Source: Actinomycetota bacterium (GTDB taxonomy: Bacteria; Actinomycetota; Actinomycetes; S36-B12; UBA5976). From it: 47,980 bases of DNA. A program made the position numbers and the translations under genes. Location of the stretch: NCBI GenBank assembly GCA_016870945.1, contig VGAH01000001.1:1-47980 (forward strand). Direction: 5' to 3'. Positions 9,171 through 19,265 of the stretch are shown here, one piece after another. The notes beneath the pieces were generated by a model. It had not been told where the DNA came from and made no database searches. It worked only from the letters and a program-made list of their open reading frames with translations. Position 1 is the stretch's first letter. Every line of letters begins with the position of its first letter.

Positions 9171-9910
9171 ACCCTCTCTGTCACCTGGTCTTTGGCATGG
9201 TCGCTGACGGTGTTCTCTTCCGGGCTTTCGGCTGAGGGCGCTCGTTCATTGAAGTTGTAGCCGACATTGCGAACCGTGCTGATCAGGGCCTCATATTCAG
9301 GGCCTAACTTTGCGCGCAGTCTTCTAACGTGCACATCAACAGTTCGCGATCCGCCGTAATAGTCATAACCCCAAACTTCTTGCAGAAGCTGTGCCCTAGT
9401 GAAGACTCGCCCAGGGTGTTGTGCGAGGAATTTCAGTAATTCAAATTCTTTAAAAGTTAGGTCAAGAGCGGTATCTCGTAGTCGCGCCGTGTAGGCGGCC
9501 TCGTCGATGAATAGATCGCCGCGCTCGATTTCGTCGCTCTTCTCACCCGATGCTTTCAGCGCTTGTTTGCCGAGGGCCAGTTTTATGCGTGCGTCGATTT
9601 CAGCCGGGCCGGCAGAATCAAGAATCAGATCACTGATTCCCCACTCAGCGTTAACGGCAACAGCGCCGCCCTCAGTGGTAACTAGCAGGACGGGGGCGGT
9701 CGTGCCAGTTGCGTTTAAGACTCGGCAAAGACTTCTAGAGCCCGATAAATCAGTTCGTGCATCGACCAAGATGATCTCTGCACTTGGAGCGTTCAGCAAT
9801 GCGGCAGGCACAGCCGGAATTTGTTGGACTTTGTGTGAGAGAAGCCCGAGTGCGGGCAAGACCGAACCCACGGGTGTGCTCTCGCCGGTAAGTATGAGTA
9901 TCGAGGCCAA
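9167..9910 (-). CDS. glnR: Orphan OmpR-family response regulator GlnR (nitrogen regulator)
   Basis: From TTG 9910 the product reads (M)[23 protein letters not shown]...[57 protein letters not shown]. This is near-collinear with Streptomyces GlnR as I remember it. The 41 extra codons of the track ORF are unconserved and collide with the divergent gene. It lies next to mshD, as in mycobacteria. Confidence 0.88.
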   Translation of the reverse strand: MASILILTGESTPVGSVLPALGLLSHKVQQIPAVPAALLNAPSAEIILVDARTDLSGSRSLCRVLNATGTTAPVLLVTTEGGAVAVNAEWGISDLILDSAGPAEIDARIKLALGKQALKASGEKSDEIERGDLFIDEAAYTARLRDTALDLTFKEFELLKFLAQHPGRVFTRAQLLQEVWGYDYYGGSRTVDVHVRRLRAKLGPEYEALISTVRNVGYNFNERAPSAESPEENTVSDHAKDQVTERV

Positions 9911-9950
9911 GACGGCAGGATACTCGGTTGTGTTACAGACGCGTTTTTTG

Positions 9951-10697
9951 GTGACTTCTGACGATGTGCAGATCTCTGCGGTGCACTTGCCTTCGTCGAG
10001 TAAGACTGCATTCGTAGTCGCACACGGATTCACAGGGTCGTGGCGTTATCAGAGAGTTCGAAAGGTTTTGCGCACGCTTAATGAGAATGCTGGCGTCATT
10101 GCCTTCGATTTTCGCGGTCACGGTGAATCAGGTGGCAAAACCACCGTCGGGTTATTAGAGGTGAACGATTTACACAGCGCAGTTTCGTGGGCGAGAGAAC
10201 TTGGCTACCACAAGGTTGTAACTCTCGGATTTTCTATGGGTGGTGCCGTTGCCATCAGATACGGCGTAGGCCAAGGGTTAGTTGATTCCGTCATTTCTGT
10301 GAGTGCGCCGGCTTTTTGGTTCTATCGGGGCACTACTGCAACGCGACGCGTGGCGCGCATGGTTGGCACCTCTTGGGGTCGCGGGCTTACTTCATTGATA
10401 TTGAGAACGCGCATCGAAGTAAAGCCTTGGTATGGCGAAATACCAGACCCCCCCGCTACCGCTGCGCGTGAGATTCCACCTGCGCCGTTTTTGATAGTGC
10501 ACGGTGAGCAAGACCATTACTTTCCGCCTGAGCACGGCTTAGAGATTCACCACGGCGCAATGCAGGGCTGGCGTGCTCGCGGTGAAGTTGGTGTTAAGCC
10601 TGAGCTTTGGCAGGTTGACGGGTTCGCGCACGCCGAACTTTCGACTCCAGATGAACTGACCGAACGAATCGCGCGTTGGGCGCTAGAGCCGGCCTAA
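9951..10697 (+). CDS. Alpha/beta-fold hydrolase
   Basis: HGFTGS oxyanion region, GFSMGG nucleophile elbow, and a C-terminal HGEQD...GFAH. The track ORF (9507..) runs antisense through glnR upstream of this point. The in-frame GTG at 9951 gives a normal 248-aa hydrolase. Confidence 0.8.
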   Translation: MTSDDVQISAVHLPSSSKTAFVVAHGFTGSWRYQRVRKVLRTLNENAGVIAFDFRGHGESGGKTTVGLLEVNDLHSAVSWARELGYHKVVTLGFSMGGAVAIRYGVGQGLVDSVISVSAPAFWFYRGTTATRRVARMVGTSWGRGLTSLILRTRIEVKPWYGEIPDPPATAAREIPPAPFLIVHGEQDHYFPPEHGLEIHHGAMQGWRARGEVGVKPELWQVDGFAHAELSTPDELTERIARWALEPA

Positions 10698-11059
10698 TAG
10701 ACCAGCGCTGTGACGTCGTCTTGAAGTTCACGCACGAAGGCGGTGGCACCGGCGATTTTTATGCCAGGTTTCAGATCTTCTTTGCTAATTTCACGGCGCA
10801 TCAAACATGGTGAGCAGGCAAATACTTCTGCCTTAGCAAGCAATTCTTCGATTACTTCGTCTGACTTGGGCGCGTGTTCTATGGCAACTTGATAGCCGCC
10901 CGAGTTAAGTGCAAACATAACAGCTTCACCAGAGAGCCAGAATGAAACATCGATATCACTAGCAAGCGCTGCCGCTGCAACAGAAAACGCGGTCGCTGCT
11001 TTTTCTGGTGCAGATTCACCGCAAGTCAACTTGATGACTATCTTCTTGGCCACACGCAA
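10694..11059 (-). CDS. DsrE/DsrF-like family protein
   Basis: 121 aa. KKIVIKLTCGES...DVSFWLSGEAV...FACSPC is the pattern of small DsrE-like sulfur-relay fold proteins. The start could be TTG 11059 or GTG 11053. Confidence 0.6.
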   Translation of the reverse strand: MRVAKKIVIKLTCGESAPEKAATAFSVAAAALASDIDVSFWLSGEAVMFALNSGGYQVAIEHAPKSDEVIEELLAKAEVFACSPCLMRREISKEDLKPGIKIAGATAFVRELQDDVTALVY

Positions 11060-11201
11060 ACGTTACGTCGGGGCTGACTGACACCTAGAATCGCATTGTG
11101 AGCGTGATGGATTGGGTAGCAAGCTTCATGCTTTGGGGCTCTACCATCTTTGCTGGCGTCATGACATTTCGTCTGACTCGTCGTGCCATGAAGGCAAAAA
11201 A

Positions 11202-11816
11202 ATGAGTGATCAAAAAGTTCAGATACCTGAAGCCCTCGTCCCCCTCTCATGGATCTTGGGCGATTGGGAAGGCACCGGCAGGGGCCATTACCCCAACATC
11301 GAAGATTTTTCTTTCGTTCAACAAGCTGAGTTTCGAAATGACGGTCGCCCGTTTATCTCTTACTTCAGTCGAACTTGGTTGCTTAACGAAGACGGCAGCG
11401 TTGGTAAACCCTTGGCGAATGAGTCTGGGTTTTGGCGTTTGCCTAAACCTGACGTTGTTGAGTTGGTTTTGGTGCACGCCTCTGGCATAGCTGAAACATG
11501 GGCCGGGGTAAATGAAGTTCTACAGATAGACAACGCACGAATTACTTCGGCTAGAGCGCGAGTTGGAACCACTCACGTCATGAGAACAGCAACCGCGAGT
11601 GATGTGCGAGGTGGTGAGCGCCTCTATGGCTTGATGGACGGGCATTTACTTTGGACTTACGACATGGCCGCGGAAGAACATGACATGCAGAACCATCTTT
11701 GGGCCAGGCTCGCCCCACTAACACTCGAAGCATCGCGAAGCCAGGCCTCGCCAACCGAACCGATCTATTCGTACTTGCCACCCCAAGACATTCGTGAAAT
11801 GGGCAAGAGCACCTGA
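11202..11816 (+). CDS. FABP-like/nitrobindin (DUF1794, THAP4-type heme-binding beta-barrel) protein
   Basis: LSWILGDWEGTGRGHYPNIEDFSFVQQAEF...ESGFWR is the conserved nitrobindin N-terminal pattern. The ATG at 11202 is the first plausible start. Confidence 0.75.
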   Translation: MSDQKVQIPEALVPLSWILGDWEGTGRGHYPNIEDFSFVQQAEFRNDGRPFISYFSRTWLLNEDGSVGKPLANESGFWRLPKPDVVELVLVHASGIAETWAGVNEVLQIDNARITSARARVGTTHVMRTATASDVRGGERLYGLMDGHLLWTYDMAAEEHDMQNHLWARLAPLTLEASRSQASPTEPIYSYLPPQDIREMGKST

Positions 11817-11821
11817 ACTTC

Positions 11822-12868
11822 GTGCAAGTCGCGCCCTCACTTTCACTACCGGGCGCGGTCGAAACTCCTACTGACTCACCTGACGCTGGCGTTGCTTGGC
11901 ACTTTGGTGACCCACCGGGTGAGCAAAAGCGTCTGTTAAGCGGCAACGGCTTCGTGGACATCTCAAATCGCGGCGTTGTCACTGTGCGTGGGCCTGCTCG
12001 ATTGGAATGGCTGAACAACATCACTGCCCAAAAAGTCGATCAACTCGCCCCCAATTCGAGTGCGTTGAATCTGATTCTTTCGCCACACGGCCACGTTGAG
12101 TTCGAGCTTCATCAAGTTGACGACGGTGAGACCACATGGCTAATCGTTGAAGGTTCACAAGCACAAGCACTAGTTAGTTATCTAGAGTCGATGAAGTTCA
12201 TGACAGAAGTTGAGATAAGCGAAGTTTCTGATGAATTCGCGGTCATTTGGGAACCAAAGGGCGACGTTGATGAGTCGGGTTTGCCGACCTGGTTGGTTCC
12301 TAGTTTTTTTGCGACGGGGCAAATGTCTGGCACGGGTGAATCAAAGGGTGGCGACCCTTCGCGTTATGTGCCCAAGCGTCCGGCTTTTCTTATCGGGCGA
12401 GAGGTGATAGTCCCGCGTGAGCAGATTCAGCAGCGAATGAAAGACGGGGGTGCACCAGCTGGTGTTTGGGCCCTAGAAGCTTTGCGCGTAAACGCGGGTG
12501 TACCTCGAATCGGTTTTGAAACCGACCATCGCACTTTGCCGCATGAAGTTGGTTGGTTAGGGGCTGGGGTGCATCTTGAAAAAGGTTGCTATCGAGGGCA
12601 AGAGGCCGTCGCTCGCGTCCATAACTTAGGTAAGCCGCCGCGTGCGCTTGTGTTGTTGCATCTCGACGGAATGGACGAGGAGCTCCCTGCGCACTTAGCA
12701 CCCGTAACGATCGACGGTGAAGAAGTCGGCTGGGTGGCCACGGCCGTTCGACATTTTGAACAAGGGCCCATTGCGACTGCGGTGCTAAAGAGCAAGTACG
12801 CGTCAGCACCGCAAGCAAAAGTCGGCGAGACGAATGCACATGTTCAGCCAGTAGTCGTGGTTCGTTGA
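11822..12868 (+). CDS. ygfZ: Folate-binding protein YgfZ (GcvT-like)
   Basis: 348 aa with the KGCYRGQE signature (EKGCYRGQEAVARVHNLGKPPR). Confidence 0.88.
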   Translation: MQVAPSLSLPGAVETPTDSPDAGVAWHFGDPPGEQKRLLSGNGFVDISNRGVVTVRGPARLEWLNNITAQKVDQLAPNSSALNLILSPHGHVEFELHQVDDGETTWLIVEGSQAQALVSYLESMKFMTEVEISEVSDEFAVIWEPKGDVDESGLPTWLVPSFFATGQMSGTGESKGGDPSRYVPKRPAFLIGREVIVPREQIQQRMKDGGAPAGVWALEALRVNAGVPRIGFETDHRTLPHEVGWLGAGVHLEKGCYRGQEAVARVHNLGKPPRALVLLHLDGMDEELPAHLAPVTIDGEEVGWVATAVRHFEQGPIATAVLKSKYASAPQAKVGETNAHVQPVVVVR

Positions 12869-13830
12869 TGTCTAATTTACCAGTCTTAGTCGAGATGGTT
12901 CGAGACGATCGTGTCGAGAGCGCTCACCGCGGCAGCTTGGTCGTGCTTGATTGGTCGGGGGCCGTTCAGATATCACTAGGTGACACAACGACACCGATAT
13001 TTCCCAGATCTGCACTAAAGCCCGCGCAGGCCGCGGCACTACTAGAAGTAGGCGCGCCGTTAAGTGGTGAGGCTTTGGCTGTTGCGGCTGGATCACACAG
13101 TGGCGGCCCAGAACACGTTGCCTTAGTTGAAAGCGTCTTACTTAAGGCAGGTCTCGATCGAGATGCTTTGCAGTGCCCGCCTGATGCACCGTTTGGTTCA
13201 AACGAGCGGCAATCGTGGGCTGAAAGTGGCGCGATTCGCGAAAGAATAATCATGAATTGCTCTGGAAAACACGCCGGCATGTTGCTTGCCTGCGTCACTA
13301 ACGGTTGGCCAACCGAAACCTATCTTCAGCCAGAACATCCACTACAAATCGCGATAAAGAAGGCGATTGAGTGCCTCTGCGGTGAAGAAATCACGTTTAC
13401 AACAGTGGACGGGTGCGGCGCACCTTTACATATGGTTTCGCTCTTGGGGCTGGCCAAAATGGCATTGGCGTTGGCGCAAGGCCCACGAGATTCGGTGTTA
13501 GCAACAGTGGCCGCGGCAATGAGGGAACACCCGCAATTTGTCGCTGGTAAAGGTCGCGACACCGCTCTCTTCATAGAGAACATAGATAGTTTCTTTACGA
13601 AAGAGGGTGCTGAGGCCGTGCAGGTTGGCGCTTTAGTTGCCAAAGGTTCATTCGCTTTCAAAATTGAGGACGGGGCGATGAGAGCCAGAGCACCATTAGT
13701 GGGCGAAATCTTGAAGTTGTGGGGTGTTAGTGCCAGCGACTTGGCCCCTTTGGCCGAGGTGGTCGAACCAGTGGTGTTAGGTGGTGGTGTGCCTCGAGGC
13801 AAATACCGCGCCGTGAAAATCGTTAACTAG
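12868..13830 (+). CDS. L-asparaginase II family protein (Rhizobium-type)
   Basis: VESAHRGSLVV...FPRSALKPAQA...NCSGKHAGML motifs. The ATG at 12868 overlaps the ygfZ stop (TGATG). Confidence 0.8.
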   Translation: MSNLPVLVEMVRDDRVESAHRGSLVVLDWSGAVQISLGDTTTPIFPRSALKPAQAAALLEVGAPLSGEALAVAAGSHSGGPEHVALVESVLLKAGLDRDALQCPPDAPFGSNERQSWAESGAIRERIIMNCSGKHAGMLLACVTNGWPTETYLQPEHPLQIAIKKAIECLCGEEITFTTVDGCGAPLHMVSLLGLAKMALALAQGPRDSVLATVAAAMREHPQFVAGKGRDTALFIENIDSFFTKEGAEAVQVGALVAKGSFAFKIEDGAMRARAPLVGEILKLWGVSASDLAPLAEVVEPVVLGGGVPRGKYRAVKIVN

Positions 13831-13833
13831 ACG

Positions 13834-14109
13834 ATGGAAGTGATTCGTCTGCTATTGCTGGTTTTCGATTACGCACAAATTGGCGTGATTTTCTTTGCTC
13901 TGATTGATGCATCTTTTCGACCTGACGCAGCATTTCGTGCAACAGGGCGACCTCGAAAACTTTTTTGGGTCGGTGCTCTAGTTGTGGCTCTTGCTTTGAA
14001 GTTTTGGCAAAACGGTCAACCGCTGAGCATCTTTAGTTTGGCAGCATTCATTTTTGCTTTGATTTACCTTTTGGATGTTCGTCCTAAGGTTCGTGACGCT
14101 GAGGTTTAG
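13834..14109 (+). CDS. DUF2516-family small membrane protein
   Basis: 91 aa with 3 hydrophobic helices and the central DA(S/A)[10 protein letters not shown]...W pattern. Confidence 0.65.
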   Translation: MEVIRLLLLVFDYAQIGVIFFALIDASFRPDAAFRATGRPRKLFWVGALVVALALKFWQNGQPLSIFSLAAFIFALIYLLDVRPKVRDAEV

Positions 14110-14861
14110 CGACCCTGTTTTGCCACCTTCGCTATAGCTGCTTCGGCAGCTGCTGGGTCTAGGTAAGTACCGCTTCTCTTCACGGGGCACATATCTTTGT
14201 CAAGTTCGTACCAGAGGGGTATACCCGTTGGAATGTTTAGCCCAACTATTTCTGCGTCGCTGACATCATCTAAGTGTTTTACTAACGCGCGAAGTGAATT
14301 GCCGTGGGCAACCACCAGCACGGTTCCGAAGACCTTAAGGTCTTTCACGATTGAGTCTTGCCAATAAGGCAAGAGTCTCACCATCACATCTTTCAAGCAT
14401 TCAGTCAGCGGAACCGCATCAGGTGGTAGCAGTGCGTAGCGTTCGTCGTGATTTTGAGCGAACTCGCTGTTTGGGTCTATCGGCGGTGGCGGAACGTCGT
14501 AAGACCGACGCCAGATCATGAATTGCTCTTCGCCGAATTCTTCTAACGTCATCTTCTTGCTCTTGCCCTGCAAGGCGCCGTAGTGACGTTCATTAAGTCG
14601 CCAACTTCTTCTAGTGGGCAGCCACTGGGTATCAGATTCCGCCAAGGCCAGATTGGCGGTATCGATGGCGCGCCTTAGCACCGAGGTGTGAAGAACCTTT
14701 GGTTCCAAATTGGCTTGTGCTACCAGCTGACCAGCCCGACTTGCCTCTTGTTCGCCGGTCTCAGAAAGTTCGACATCGACCCAACCAGTGAAGAGATTTT
14801 CTGCATTCCAAACGCTCTCGCCGTGGCGCACCAGAAGCAGGTTCATCGCACGCTCAGGCAT
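14106..14861 (-). CDS. gpmA: 2,3-bisphosphoglycerate-dependent phosphoglycerate mutase
   Basis: [23 protein letters not shown]...ERHYGALQG...[11 protein letters not shown]. The start is ambiguous: TTG 14870, ATG 14861 or ATG 14846. Confidence 0.95.
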   Translation of the reverse strand: MPERAMNLLLVRHGESVWNAENLFTGWVDVELSETGEQEASRAGQLVAQANLEPKVLHTSVLRRAIDTANLALAESDTQWLPTRRSWRLNERHYGALQGKSKKMTLEEFGEEQFMIWRRSYDVPPPPIDPNSEFAQNHDERYALLPPDAVPLTECLKDVMVRLLPYWQDSIVKDLKVFGTVLVVAHGNSLRALVKHLDDVSDAEIVGLNIPTGIPLWYELDKDMCPVKRSGTYLDPAAAEAAIAKVAKQGR

Positions 14862-15369
14862 CGGCGCCAATTAAATCGGTGAAGGCACGCAGATTGGCTA
14901 GTGGTTCGCCCCTAGACACGCGCCATGCCCATTCGCGCTTGATCGATTCGGCAAAGCCCATAGCCACCAAGACATTGAAATTGTCGTCACAGGCGACGTG
15001 AATCGAGCCGAATATTTGATCTAGAGACTCATTGCTGACAGCCGCCAGCGGCAAGCGACCCGTTACGTAGATATCGCCTAGGTGGTCGAGCGCGTAACTC
15101 ACACCAAAAAGCTTGCGATTGTGTTCTAACAGCCATCTGTGAACTTCGTTTGTGTTTTCTTCGGGGGCACGCATCACGAACGCATTTATCGAAAGCGAAT
15201 GCTGACCGAGTAACAAAGATACATTCGTTTTGAGTTTTTGTTCGCCTGGCATCTCGGCTACGAATAGATGGTCGTCAATCGCCTCAAAGGCGAACTCACT
15301 TGACTGCAGAAATTTCTCAACGCTCGCGTTCGCCTCGGCTCTGATCGGGCCATCGTCGAACTTGTTCAC
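14854..15369 (-). CDS. YbjN-domain (putative sensory transduction/chaperone-like) protein
   Basis: 171 aa. It sits immediately downstream of mshA, as the conserved hypothetical does in mycobacteria. The secondary-structure pattern is YbjN-like. Confidence 0.6.
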   Translation of the reverse strand: MNKFDDGPIRAEANASVEKFLQSSEFAFEAIDDHLFVAEMPGEQKLKTNVSLLLGQHSLSINAFVMRAPEENTNEVHRWLLEHNRKLFGVSYALDHLGDIYVTGRLPLAAVSNESLDQIFGSIHVACDDNFNVLVAMGFAESIKREWAWRVSRGEPLANLRAFTDLIGADA

Positions 15370-16625
15370 TTAAGGGCTTTTTGGTAGCTCTCGATCAAGC
15401 CTGTAACGGTGTTACTCCATGAGAACTGTTCTGCGTGACGTCTGGCTTTGTTGCCCATGTCTGTTCTCATTGCATCATCGCTTAGCAGTCTTGCGATTTC
15501 GCGGCCCCAGACTGAGGGGTTGTGCGAGTCGATTAGCAGCCCGCTTACCCCATTTGCCACCGCGGTGTTAAGGCCACCGACGTTTCGCGCCACGACCGGC
15601 GTGCCACACGCCTGGGCTTCTAGTGCGACTAGACCAAAAGACTCTGAATACGAGGGCACGGTGACGATGTCACAGGCTCGGTAGACGTCGCGAAGTCGTT
15701 CGCGAGTTGACGGCGGCAAATAAACGAAGTTGTCCGAAATGTCGAGCCCATTTGCTAGGTCGTGAAGCACTTGCTGGGTAACGCCATGGGTACCTGACTC
15801 GTCACCACACACCAGCACCTTGAGTCTGCTTCGCCACTCTGGGTGAAGCTTCAATATTTCGGCTGCAGCCTTGAGAGTCGTTTCAGGTGATTTAAGCATC
15901 TGCAACCTGCCGATGAAGCCCACGACTAGTGAATCAGGAGCCAAACCAAGTTTCTCGCGAGCAGTGCGTTTGCATCCAGGTGAAAAGACATCTAAATCGA
16001 CACCAGGGTGGACGACATCGATTGTCGCGGGGTCAGCACCGTAGTAATCGGTTAATTGATTCGCTTCATCATTGGTATTGGCAATGAGTCTTTTTGCAGC
16101 TGTCACCACTTGCTCTTCACCAAAAAGCCGAAGGTTTGGTTCAGGTGAGTCACCTTCAGCCAAAGAAGCGTTCTTAACGGCTGCCATCGTGTGCATTGTG
16201 TGAACCAAGGGCACACCCCAGCGTTCAGCAACCACCCAACCGACGTGCCCTGATAGCCAATAATGCGAGTGGATCAAGTCGTACCAGCCGACAGGCTTCG
16301 CAGCCTCTGCTCGCATCAACCCAGCTGTAACTGCGCAGAGTTGCCCAGGTAGGTCTTCTTTCTTGATTTTTTCGAACGGCCCAGCTTCTAAGTGGTGAAT
16401 CTTCACCCCGTCCGCTATTTCGAGCTGACTTGACTGAGATGAGGTGGTTCGCCGAGTAAATAGATCGACTTCGATACCGCGACTTGCTAGGCGTTTCGCC
16501 GTCTCCATTACATAGACGTTTAAACCCCCAGCGTCACCTTTGCCTGGTTGGTCTAGAGGCGAAGTATGAACTGATACGACTGCGATTCGCTTAGGAAGCC
16601 TCGCTGCGGTGGTTAGTTCGCTCAA
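15366..16625 (-). CDS. mshA: D-inositol-3-phosphate glycosyltransferase (mycothiol biosynthesis)
   Basis: 419 aa GT4 enzyme. RIAVVSVHTSPLDQPGKGDAGGLNVYV at the N-terminus and ESFGLVALEAQACGTPVVA in the C-terminal domain. Confidence 0.93.
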   Translation of the reverse strand: MSELTTAARLPKRIAVVSVHTSPLDQPGKGDAGGLNVYVMETAKRLASRGIEVDLFTRRTTSSQSSQLEIADGVKIHHLEAGPFEKIKKEDLPGQLCAVTAGLMRAEAAKPVGWYDLIHSHYWLSGHVGWVVAERWGVPLVHTMHTMAAVKNASLAEGDSPEPNLRLFGEEQVVTAAKRLIANTNDEANQLTDYYGADPATIDVVHPGVDLDVFSPGCKRTAREKLGLAPDSLVVGFIGRLQMLKSPETTLKAAAEILKLHPEWRSRLKVLVCGDESGTHGVTQQVLHDLANGLDISDNFVYLPPSTRERLRDVYRACDIVTVPSYSESFGLVALEAQACGTPVVARNVGGLNTAVANGVSGLLIDSHNPSVWGREIARLLSDDAMRTDMGNKARRHAEQFSWSNTVTGLIESYQKALK

Positions 16626-17287
16626 CCCTCTGACTCGGTGTTTGCGTAGGGCTCGCCGGTAATCATGTGCACCATTCTTCTCATGATGCTAACTGCGTGA
16701 TCGGCGTACCTCTCGAAATACCGAGAAAGTAATGTGACATCAATGGCTGACTCCATCCCGTACTCCCAGCCAGGGGCGAGCACGACTCTAAACATCTCTC
16801 GATGAAGTGCGTCCATTTGATCGTCGGTTTCATGGATCTCAGTCCAAAGGCTGCTGTCGTGGCGCTTCAAAGCGCTAAGCGTTAGTGCCATGACAGAGTC
16901 TGCGACCGAGCCCATTCGTTCGAAAGTCGGTACGAGCTCGGCCGGTATGGCTGAGTCGGGGTAACGACGTCGTGCTGCTTTAGCGATGTGAGCGGCTAGA
17001 TCGCCCATGCGTTCTAAAGAAGAAGCGATTCGAAGTTGTGAAAGAAGTTGACGAATTGCTGCTACATCGCCTGAATTCGTGGCAGCTAATTCAACGCCAA
17101 GGCGATCGAGTTTGTTGGCGATTTCGTCAACGATCACATCGGTCTCGATGACTGATTCGGCTTTGGTTAGGTTAGGCACGATCAAACACGAAGTTGCTTC
17201 GTGCATGGCATGACGAACTTGGTTTGCCATGTTGATCAGTTCGACTTCGGCAGCCCCTAATTCGGGGCCTGCTGCGACTTCGGTCAC
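16622..17287 (-). CDS. phoU: Phosphate signalling complex protein PhoU
   Basis: 221 aa with two PhoU repeats (ERMGDLAAHIAK, ERYADHAVSI). GTG start preceded by GGAGG. Confidence 0.92.
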   Translation of the reverse strand: MTEVAAGPELGAAEVELINMANQVRHAMHEATSCLIVPNLTKAESVIETDVIVDEIANKLDRLGVELAATNSGDVAAIRQLLSQLRIASSLERMGDLAAHIAKAARRRYPDSAIPAELVPTFERMGSVADSVMALTLSALKRHDSSLWTEIHETDDQMDALHREMFRVVLAPGWEYGMESAIDVTLLSRYFERYADHAVSIMRRMVHMITGEPYANTESEG

Positions 17288-17436
17288 CTTGCCTCCTCTG
17301 CGCAGAATAAGCCTTATTCACCATTTTCGACACTCTTTGAACTTCTGGTTACGCGCAGGTAGACAACAGATTCATATCCAAAGGTCATTTCGTAAACCCG
17401 CTCGGTTGAGGGCTTTCTTGCCCATATTCTTCGGAC

Positions 17437-18582
17437 GTGTCGAACTGGATTTCTGACATTCTCTCGGGAACTCATCGTGAAGCGCATACGAGTGACTCAT
17501 TGCAGGTGGGCTTGACTTCTCTAGAGATTGCGCCACTCATCGACGACCTAGTGCTAGTTATCGATTCGCAAGATCAAGTTCTCTACGCGTCTGAAATGGG
17601 TCAGTCCCTAGGTCTTATCTCGGCCACTCAAGTCGCTCGCCCCGAAATTACGGCCTTGATTGATCGCGCGCGTGAAGGTCACACGGTAAAGAACGATTTG
17701 GTCGAATTGCGACGCCCGTTACCAGCCCGCGGCATCGTTGCGTTGGGTATTTCAATCGCAGTGCTTCCTGACGGCAGTTGCTTCTTTGTCGGGCGTGATT
17801 TGACTGCGGCTCAGCGTCTTGAGCAAGTGCGACGCGACTTTGTGGCAAACATCAGTCACGAGCTAAAAACCCCTGTTGGTGCTTTGTCTGTATTGATGGA
17901 GGCCGTGGTTGAAGCTGGTGACGACGTTGCGGCGGTGAGCAAGTTCGTTAATCGAATGCAAACTGAACTAGTTCGTCTGAACAACATGGTACGAGACCTG
18001 ATCGATTTGTCGAGAGTGCAATCTGATGATCCGCTGGCCTCACCTACGGCAGTGCCGATGGATCGTGTCGTTTCTGAGGCGGTCGAGTCAGTGCAGTTTG
18101 CAGCTGAAGGGCGGGGCATCACCATCGGTACCACGGGTGACCAAGGGGCCTTCGTAGCTGGCGATGAGATGCAGTTAGTTGCGGCTTTGCGCAATTTACT
18201 AACCAACGCGATCTCTTATTCATCGGACAACACCCAAGTGAGCGTGGGTGTGAGGATTCATGAGAACGAAGTCGACATAACGGTGGCCGATCAAGGCATC
18301 GGTATTTCTCGCGTCAATCAAGAGCGCATCTTCGAGAGGTTCTACCGAGTTGATCAGGCTCGTTCGCGCGCCACGGGTGGCACCGGGCTGGGCCTGGCAA
18401 TCGTTAAAAACGTATGCATGAATCACGGTGGTGAAGTCAGTGTTTGGTCGGTCGTGGGTGAGGGCTCGACTTTTACATTGCGGTTCCCGCTGTTTAAACC
18501 TGCACCACCTACCCCTGAGACCGATTTTGAACAAGTTTCGAGCATCAGACCGACTGAGAGCAAGGGGCGGTTTAGTTCGTGA
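17437..18582 (+). CDS. senX3: Sensor histidine kinase SenX3-like (PAS-HisKA-HATPase), no transmembrane segment
   Basis: H-box RRDFVANISHELKTP, N-box LLTNAISYS, G-boxes DQGIGI and GGTGLGLAIV. Its stop overlaps the regX3 start. Confidence 0.9.
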   Translation: MSNWISDILSGTHREAHTSDSLQVGLTSLEIAPLIDDLVLVIDSQDQVLYASEMGQSLGLISATQVARPEITALIDRAREGHTVKNDLVELRRPLPARGIVALGISIAVLPDGSCFFVGRDLTAAQRLEQVRRDFVANISHELKTPVGALSVLMEAVVEAGDDVAAVSKFVNRMQTELVRLNNMVRDLIDLSRVQSDDPLASPTAVPMDRVVSEAVESVQFAAEGRGITIGTTGDQGAFVAGDEMQLVAALRNLLTNAISYSSDNTQVSVGVRIHENEVDITVADQGIGISRVNQERIFERFYRVDQARSRATGGTGLGLAIVKNVCMNHGGEVSVWSVVGEGSTFTLRFPLFKPAPPTPETDFEQVSSIRPTESKGRFSS

Positions 18583-19265
18583 CCAAGATTTTGGTAGTAG
18601 AAGACGAAGAGTCATTTCGTGAGGCAATGGAATTCATGTTGCGCAAAGAAGGCTATGAAGTATTGCTCGCCGACGACGGAGAAGTCGCAGTTGATTTATT
18701 CGAAAGAAAAGGTGCCGATCTGATCTTGCTGGACTTGATGTTGCCCGGGCTCTCAGGGGTGGATGTCTGCCGTCGTATTCGCGCTAGCTCGCAAGTGCCC
18801 ATCATCATGGTTACTGCCAAAGACAGCGAAGTTGACAAGGTCGTCGGTTTAGAAATTGGTGCAGACGACTACGTGACGAAGCCTTTCTCGAGCCGTGAAT
18901 TACTTGCGCGCATCAAGGCCGTTTTGCGTAGATCAAGTGAGTTGGGCTTAGAAGATTCGCGTGCATTCGAATCTGGCCCCGTCCGAATAGATGTAGATAG
19001 ACATTTAGTGAGTGTTAATGGAAACCCAGTTTTATTGCCGTTGAAAGAATTTGAGTTGCTAAAGCTCTTGATTTCGAATGCCGGACGAGTACTTACGCGA
19101 ACTCAGCTGATCGATCGAGTTTGGGGCAGTGATTACGTGGGCGACACTAAGACGTTAGATGTTCACGTCAAACGAATACGTTCGAAGATCGAACCAGACC
19201 CTGCGCACCCGAAGTACTTGGTGACGGTTAGAGGGCTCGGCTACAAATATGAGTCAGTCGGCTAG
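18579..19265 (+). CDS. regX3: OmpR-family response regulator RegX3
   Basis: 228 aa. ILVVEDEESF...DLILLDLMLPG receiver domain plus a winged-helix domain (LDVHVKRIRSKIE...VRGLGYKY). Confidence 0.93.
   Translation: MTKILVVEDEESFREAMEFMLRKEGYEVLLADDGEVAVDLFERKGADLILLDLMLPGLSGVDVCRRIRASSQVPIIMVTAKDSEVDKVVGLEIGADDYVTKPFSSRELLARIKAVLRRSSELGLEDSRAFESGPVRIDVDRHLVSVNGNPVLLPLKEFELLKLLISNAGRVLTRTQLIDRVWGSDYVGDTKTLDVHVKRIRSKIEPDPAHPKYLVTVRGLGYKYESVG

Noticed and set aside
9507-9950. The 5' 148 codons of the 396-aa plus-strand ORF
   Set aside because: This part runs antisense through glnR and encodes unconserved Ser/Ala/Arg-rich sequence. Hydrolase motifs begin only after the in-frame GTG at 9951, so the true gene is 9951..10697.
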